A stretch of 64,000 nucleotides of DNA from Bacteroidales bacterium Bact_19 (GTDB taxonomy: Bacteria; Bacteroidota; Bacteroidia; Bacteroidales; ML635J-15): the NCBI GenBank assembly GCA_001603595.1, contig LUZK01000002.1, positions 2,884-66,883 on the forward strand. Direction: 5' to 3'. This document shows, in pieces, positions 58,698 to 64,000 of the stretch (the first letter of the stretch is position 1; each line of letters opens with the position of its first letter). A program made the translations under genes and the position numbers. Under the pieces are notes generated by a model. That model was not told the DNA's origin and searched no databases. It saw nothing but the letters and a program-made list of their open reading frames with translations.

Positions 58698-60767
58698 TTA
58701 AATTGTTTTAAATTCAATACCTGCATCTTTCATTTGCAATACAGTGTTGGTTTTTAATTGGTCGTTGCCTTTGAATAACTTATCCAAAGCAACTACTTTC
58801 AATGGTTTTTCTTTTAAAACTGCATCAATGATTTCCTGTGTAGCTTTTTCGAGCATGAAAACCAGTTCGTTTCCATTTATTTTGAAATAGTATGTTGCTC
58901 GTTCAATCTTGCAATTCAGGTCTTTACCACTTTTTAAAAGTAACTCGTAAACCATGTTTTCAATAGTTGCATTTTCGGCTACGGGGTCAATGAAAAGTTT
59001 CATTTGTTCCTCTAATGCCTTAGCATCTTTACCATTAATTTGCTGCCATTGTTTAAAGTTGCTATCGTTTAGTTTTAGGACTTTAAAACCTTTATCGCAT
59101 TGGTCTATTTTATCCATTTTCTCGATATTCTCATTGGCTTTGTCCCTTGCTATTTCCTGTTGCTTAATAAGTTTTTCTATTTCGGGGCTATGCTTGCCAT
59201 CGTTGAACATTGAGGCAGGCTGGTTCTTTTTCAGTTCCTCAATTTGTTGTTGCAGTTCAGCAACCTTTTCCATTAGGTTGGCTGTTTCTTTGCCTAATGT
59301 TTCTTTTTCTGTTTGAATTTTTTTTATAACCCTACGTATTCTTTCTTTTGAAACATCTGAAATAGTTTTATAACCAGAATTGAAAGCTTCGCTTTTATCA
59401 TCACATTGTTCGTCAAGTTGAACACAGATAAATTTTCTTTTGCTTCCATCTTGTTTATTTAAATCCAAAACAGCATGTGCTGTTGTACCAGAACCTGAGA
59501 AGAAATCCAAAATTATTTCTTCTTTATTTTGTTCGTCATTTTTCGCTACAGGATTAAATAATAACATCATCTTTTGAATTAAAGTAGTAGGTTTTGGAAA
59601 TGTAAAAGCATCAATTTCCATTAACTCTTTAATCTCTTTTGTCCCCAAATCGACTGTACCAGCCTCACTAAATTTCCAAAAATTTATTGGGACCATTCCT
59701 TCGTCAAGTTCAGATAAAAATCTTTTAATTCTAGGATATTTTGCTTTACCGTCAGCCCCCCAATGCAATCTGTTTTCTCTCAAAAACTCTTCATATTTTT
59801 CTTTGCTTACTTTCCAAGCATTAGTAGGATGGTCTATTTCTTCACCTGTATTTGGATTAACAATAGTGTATGATAAATTTGGTCTTGCTTCACGTGTTAC
59901 TTGGTTTACAAATGAAACACTTGTCCAAATCCCACGAGGGTCATTATCGGGATTAGAATAACCTTCTTGTTTGTCTTCGGGTCTAGTTTCACGTAAAACT
60001 TCAACATCAGTTGATTTACGATAAAAGAGAATATGCTCAGTTGATGCTGTCATTAATTTTGCATTATTGCTCCTTCCATATCGCTTCTCCCAAATAATGT
60101 TTGAAATAAAATTTTCCTCTCCAAAAACTTCATTCATCAATAATCGAAGATTGTGTACCTCATTATCATCAATTGAAACGAAAATTAGACCATCTTGTCT
60201 TAATAAGTTCTTAGCCAAAAACAATCGAGGATACATCATATTGAGCCAATTGCTATGGTATTGTCCGTTTTCTTTGCTGTTTTTACGGAACATACCGTCT
60301 TTGGTCATGTAGCCCTCTTCGTCTTTGTCGCCTACACGTTTTTGGTATTCTTCTTTAGTTTCTGAAAATTTGTCGGGGTAAATAAATGAATCGCTGCCGG
60401 TGTTGTAAGGTGGGTCAATGTATATCATTTTAATTTTACCGAAATAGCTTTTTTGCAGTACTTTCAGCACTTCAAGGTTTTCGCCCTCAATAAAAATATT
60501 TTCGGTTTCGTCAAAGTTTATAGATTCTTCTTTTGCAGGGATTAAAGTCTTTGTGGTTGGTGCTTGTAACACTTTAAAAGCCTCGCTTTTACCAGCCCAA
60601 TTTAAGACATAACGCTCGTTACTAAACGTAATGTCCTCGCCAAGTGTGGCTTTCAGTTTTTCCCAATCAATTTTTCCTTCGGTAAATACTTCAGGGAGTA
60701 TTTCCTGCAGGGCTTTTATTTTTTCCGTTTCTGGTGTGAGACTTTGTCCGTTCATATCATTGTTCAT
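58698..60767 (-). CDS. mod: Type III Mod DNA methyltransferase (beta-class, DPPY before FxGxG)
   Basis: Contains IYIDPPYNTGSD and then ILDFFSGSGTTAHAV. A long coiled-coil insert follows (...EKVAELQQQIEELKKNQ...). Confidence 0.88.
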   Translation of the reverse strand: MNNDMNGQSLTPETEKIKALQEILPEVFTEGKIDWEKLKATLGEDITFSNERYVLNWAGKSEAFKVLQAPTTKTLIPAKEESINFDETENIFIEGENLEVLKVLQKSYFGKIKMIYIDPPYNTGSDSFIYPDKFSETKEEYQKRVGDKDEEGYMTKDGMFRKNSKENGQYHSNWLNMMYPRLFLAKNLLRQDGLIFVSIDDNEVHNLRLLMNEVFGEENFISNIIWEKRYGRSNNAKLMTASTEHILFYRKSTDVEVLRETRPEDKQEGYSNPDNDPRGIWTSVSFVNQVTREARPNLSYTIVNPNTGEEIDHPTNAWKVSKEKYEEFLRENRLHWGADGKAKYPRIKRFLSELDEGMVPINFWKFSEAGTVDLGTKEIKELMEIDAFTFPKPTTLIQKMMLLFNPVAKNDEQNKEEIILDFFSGSGTTAHAVLDLNKQDGSKRKFICVQLDEQCDDKSEAFNSGYKTISDVSKERIRRVIKKIQTEKETLGKETANLMEKVAELQQQIEELKKNQPASMFNDGKHSPEIEKLIKQQEIARDKANENIEKMDKIDQCDKGFKVLKLNDSNFKQWQQINGKDAKALEEQMKLFIDPVAENATIENMVYELLLKSGKDLNCKIERATYYFKINGNELVFMLEKATQEIIDAVLKEKPLKVVALDKLFKGNDQLKTNTVLQMKDAGIEFKTI

Positions 60768-60785
60768 TTCAATTTATTTATCATT

Positions 60786-61724
60786 TTACCAATACCTTTT
60801 ATTCAGATAGGTTATTAAACTTCTGTAATTATTGTCAAAAATAAGAGGTTTTAATAGTTTTTGAGGTGTAATAACATTGTATTTTCCCGGTTCTTTCAAT
60901 TGCGACTTCCATGCTTCTTCAATTCCTGATTGCATCAAATCCGGCGCAGTAACCTGATAACGTAGGTTAAGGTTGTTTTCGGGAATTATATCAAAATGCA
61001 ACCAATCATCGGCATTTAATTCATTCGCTTTATTTTTTGTCATTTGCCAAGCCAACAAGGTTTGTCGCATGATTTGGTAAAAGGGTTCGTAATATAAATT
61101 GTCTATACTTACTGTCCTCTTTATGGGCGAATCTTTGTCATCAATCAATGCATCATATCTGTTTTTTCTGGTTGCACCGCTTGAACCTTCAGACTTATCA
61201 GATTTTGAATAAAGCTCTGTATATTTCCATTCAATAAGAACTTGTATTTTCTTTCCATTCTTTAGTTTTCCTGTCATCATCGCATCTACAGAAGTACAAT
61301 TAGCACCACGTGTTTGCTCTTTACCTTCTGCAACTTCTCCGAGATAACTATGTTTACTCACTACTTCAAAGCCAATATATCCATTTTCAAAGTCAGGGAA
61401 AACCTCTACAAAGTCTGAATTTAGATTTTGCAAAACTCTTAAAGCAGCTTCCTTATCATTTCTCAGAAAGAACAAATGATTTACACAAGAAACCTGCGAC
61501 GACAACAAATGTCCAGACGGTTCTGTAGAACCAGGCCACCACACAATATCATATAAATCAAAATATTTTATTGCATCCTTTCGAATTTTAGCCCATATAT
61601 TTTTTTTTGCATCAGTCAAAACAAAGGGATAGTCAACTCCTTGATGCAGTCCTTTGCCAGGGTCTTTAAAGAAAGAATCTCTTATTCTAATTACTTTTTC
61701 TCTTTCAACTTCTCTGTAATTCAT
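60786..61724 (-). CDS. hypothetical protein with PD-(D/E)XK-like core, first gene of the R-M operon
   Basis: Contains ...GHLLSSQVSCVNHLFF... and ...CTSVDAMMTGKLKNGKKIQVLIEWKYTE (D...E-x-K). It lies 18 nt upstream of mod. Confidence 0.5.
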   Translation of the reverse strand: MNYREVEREKVIRIRDSFFKDPGKGLHQGVDYPFVLTDAKKNIWAKIRKDAIKYFDLYDIVWWPGSTEPSGHLLSSQVSCVNHLFFLRNDKEAALRVLQNLNSDFVEVFPDFENGYIGFEVVSKHSYLGEVAEGKEQTRGANCTSVDAMMTGKLKNGKKIQVLIEWKYTELYSKSDKSEGSSGATRKNRYDALIDDKDSPIKRTVSIDNLYYEPFYQIMRQTLLAWQMTKNKANELNADDWLHFDIIPENNLNLRYQVTAPDLMQSGIEEAWKSQLKEPGKYNVITPQKLLKPLIFDNNYRSLITYLNKRYW

Positions 61725-62211
61725 GATATTTTATGCTTTGTTTTTGTCTGACCAAAATTAAAAAAAATGATACAACTTTGAAATTATATTTTTTTATAAT
61801 TTCTATTTTTAATAAAAACTTTTTTTTCGATTTACCACATACTACTTACTATTAGCCATTTAACATGCTGAATATCAATGTGTTAATTCACGTTGTAAGT
61901 AAAAAAAGACCTTACTTTTCTTACTATATTGACATCTATTTAATCTTTGTTGTAATTTGTAGTACAAAAAAAAATAAAACATACTACTCTACACTCGTTT
62001 AATGTCATAAGATACAGAGGTATGTAGTTATGTAGTAGGTGATTTTGGCATTTTTTCGTATTTTTTTTATTTTTTCATTTTTTTTGATGAAAATTATTGT
62101 ATAGTTTTACGAATTAAAATAATAAGATGTACATATTTACAATATAACGTCAATATTGTGCACCAGATAAATATATAAACAAGTTATCGCTAATGATAAA
62201 AAAGATATCAC

Positions 62212-63177
62212 ATGCAAAAAATAATACTATTGCAAGAAATTATTGATGATCTAGTTAATCCTGAGACAAGTTTATCATCACCACTAATTAAATTAAACTA
62301 TTTTTCAAAATTAATTAGAAATGAAGATCTTATTTCATACACAAATAATGAATTGAATGGTTACACTCAAGATCTTAACGAAATTCCTAGTTACAGAAGA
62401 GCTTCTGCCACCATACTTATTGATTTTCAGGTTTCTACACATCGGCATAATAATAAGCAGCTACCTATTATATTGCTTGAGAAAGACCATCAAGAATACT
62501 TCAATTACATTTACATAAAAGAGGGTATTGCTGTTATTGAAGACTTTGTAAAAGATAGTTTCAGTGACCACAATTATGAAAAATTATATGTCATGCCAAT
62601 TCCTATGGAAATTCTTCCAGCACTTCAAGAGCCAGCGCGAAAACTATACAAGGCATTTTCCAGAGTTGATGTCGTTAATGCAAATTTAACAACTAATTTT
62701 AGTTCAGTAATTGCTATTCCCAATGCAATTAGAGTTAGATTGCTTGATTTCGTTATGTCAATTGCTGAAGATTTCGGCGACAAATTAGAAATAGAATCTT
62801 TTAATAAAAAATCTACAGAAAACAATAAAACAATAATAAATCATATGAATACAACAATAAACAATTCCGGAGATGGTAACGTCATCAATACAGGAAATGA
62901 AAATGAAATTGACAATAAAGTAACTTTGTACAAAGGTGATATTCAAAGACTAAAGAAAGAACTTCTAAACCATGGAATAGAAGAAAATGACATTTCGGAA
63001 CTCAATAAAATAATTACAAGTGAAGAACCGAACAGAGAACATAATCGTTTAGGTGTAAAATCAATTGATTGGATTTCAAATATTATTAAAAAATCATTAA
63101 ATGGAGTAGGAAAAATTGCTTCTGGTATTTCATCAACAATTCTAGCTGAATTAATTAAACAATATTACGGGATGTAA
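62212..63177 (+). CDS. AbiTii-like domain protein
   Basis: The N-terminus LLQEIIDDLVNPETSLSSPLIKLNYFSKLIRNEDLISYTNNELNGY...IPSYRR matches my recollection of the AbiTii N-terminal domain pattern. Confidence 0.5.
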   Translation: MQKIILLQEIIDDLVNPETSLSSPLIKLNYFSKLIRNEDLISYTNNELNGYTQDLNEIPSYRRASATILIDFQVSTHRHNNKQLPIILLEKDHQEYFNYIYIKEGIAVIEDFVKDSFSDHNYEKLYVMPIPMEILPALQEPARKLYKAFSRVDVVNANLTTNFSSVIAIPNAIRVRLLDFVMSIAEDFGDKLEIESFNKKSTENNKTIINHMNTTINNSGDGNVINTGNENEIDNKVTLYKGDIQRLKKELLNHGIEENDISELNKIITSEEPNREHNRLGVKSIDWISNIIKKSLNGVGKIASGISSTILAELIKQYYGM

Positions 63178-63192
63178 TAAAACCAATATAAT

Positions 63193-63369
63193 ATGAAAAC
63201 ACAGGCAAATTCAAATCCAATATTAAGTTTTAGAGAAAAACAAGCCTTGAAAAGCAATGCCAAGTTAAGCACTGTAAATTGTAAGAAACAGGAATCTGTT
63301 TTAAATGATCATGGCACAATGATTACAGAAACCAGAGAACAAATTGATACAAGTGAAATAAGTGGTTAA
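63193..63369 (+). CDS. candidate RiPP (graspetide-type) precursor peptide 1, 58 aa
   Basis: Below the ORF-track cutoff. The sequence is MKTQANSNPILSFREKQ...HGTMITETREQIDTSEISG. It is paralogous to the next ORF. Confidence 0.5.
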   Translation: MKTQANSNPILSFREKQALKSNAKLSTVNCKKQESVLNDHGTMITETREQIDTSEISG

Positions 63370-63371
63370 TT

Positions 63372-63575
63372 ATGAAAAACAATCCAATTTTAAACTTTAG
63401 ATTTTTACAAAAGGAATCTGTTGTAAAAAAAGATTCAGACAAAACACAATTTAAAGATGCTGGTTTAAAAAATCAAGCAACAATGATTACAAAAAGTAGA
63501 GAAGCTATCGATAGTTCTGAAATATCAATGACCTATGAATCAATGCAAGACACTATTCATTTCGAACAGAAATGA
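63372..63575 (+). CDS. candidate RiPP (graspetide-type) precursor peptide 2, 67 aa
   Basis: The sequence is MKNNPILNFRFLQKE...QATMITKSREAIDSSEISMTYES... Confidence 0.5.
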   Translation: MKNNPILNFRFLQKESVVKKDSDKTQFKDAGLKNQATMITKSREAIDSSEISMTYESMQDTIHFEQK

Positions 63576-64000
63576 TGTTACGACAGACTACTTAATATCC
63601 AAGTTTAAAGAATATTCTTCGGACTTTCTTAGAATTGATTCTGAAGATATTAATTTAATTGATATTGAGTATAATGACAAACATGGAACATTGGTATCAA
63701 TAGACGATTCAACTTACGAATTGTCTCAAGTAAAATCGGCATATTATCGCAGAGCTCCAACAACTTTTGCTTCAGTCGAAGATGAACTTGATAAACCATA
63801 TCTATATAATGAACGAAGACATTTTTTTGAAGGGATTTATTTAGGCATAAATGGATGTAAATGGATTAACCCCATATTTAAAACTTATTCAGGTGAAAGA
63901 AAATTAATGCAACTTAGTTTAGCTAAAAGAATTGGTCTTCATATACCAGAGACAATTGTTACAAATAAGTTGATAAAAGCAAAGGAATTTATAAGTAAAA
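63535..64000 (+). CDS. ATP-grasp family protein (N-terminal part; runs off the right edge), MvdC/MvdD-like RiPP maturase candidate
   Basis: My translation from ATG 63535 is MNQCKTLFISNRNDVTTDYLISKFKEY...SGERKLMQLSLAKRIGLHIPETIVTN. The last motif is the usual start of the ATP-grasp central domain. The ORF is absent from the track because it is open-ended. Confidence 0.6.
   Translation, partial: MNQCKTLFISNRNDVTTDYLISKFKEYSSDFLRIDSEDINLIDIEYNDKHGTLVSIDDSTYELSQVKSAYYRRAPTTFASVEDELDKPYLYNERRHFFEGIYLGINGCKWINPIFKTYSGERKLMQLSLAKRIGLHIPETIVTNKLIKAKEFISK

Noticed and set aside
61838-62040. Recurring CATACTACT-like words (61838, 61980) and a partially inverted GTAGTTATGTAGTAGG (62021-62040) in the divergent promoter region between the R-M operon and the AbiTii-like gene.
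   Set aside because: The matches are short and imperfect in very AT-rich DNA. This is not distinguishable from chance by eye.
1-64000. Looked for CRISPR arrays, rRNA genes, reverse transcriptases, tyrosine/serine recombinases and long antisense ORFs inside large genes (e.g. 1931-2221, 7752-8144, 13651-14052, 16987-17484, 58954-59316).
   Set aside because: I saw no regularly spaced repeat-spacer array, rRNA-like sequence, RT motif (YxDD) or integrase motif. The antisense ORFs lie wholly inside better-supported genes and are typical shadow ORFs of AT-rich DNA.

Overview
AT-rich Bacteroidota-type chromosome segment, judged from T9SS C-terminal sorting domains, a CarboxypepD_reg-type TonB receptor with a DUF4249 partner, DUF1573 proteins and TamB. 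All family calls come from reading motifs in the translations; no database search was possible. Positions 1-21.8 kb look like ordinary core genome: argS (partial), nth, trxB, a TonB receptor pair, tRNA-Pro, ohr, a DEAD-box helicase, tamB, tsaD, DUF1573 x2, an S8 peptidase, trmH, HU and tRNA-Ser. From tRNA-Ser (21748-21837) to the window end everything looks accessory. (i) 22.6-35.8 kb holds T9SS-sorted secreted proteins interrupted by an IS1182-like element. (ii) 36.4-46.3 kb is a very compact block of 17 minus-strand ORFs, mostly unrecognisable. It has a phage-like lysis set (Amidase_2, PG-binding, RadC/JAB), a 732-aa transglutaminase-like membrane protein and an internal iteron-rich non-coding region, but no recognisable terminase, portal, tail, ATPase, Rep or integrase. 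(iii) 47.7-53.9 kb is an array in which one intact small DUF4248-like HTH gene and three 5'-truncated copies of its 3' end separate unrelated gene cassettes. (iv) 54.0-61.7 kb carries an RNase H-like exonuclease and a complete Type III R-M (mod/res) embedded in a five-gene operon. (v) 62.2-64.0 kb carries an AbiTii-like gene followed by two paralogous small peptides and a partial ATP-grasp gene, a candidate graspetide RiPP locus. The best candidates for something undescribed are the DUF4248-tail cassette array and the adjacent 10-kb phage-like module.
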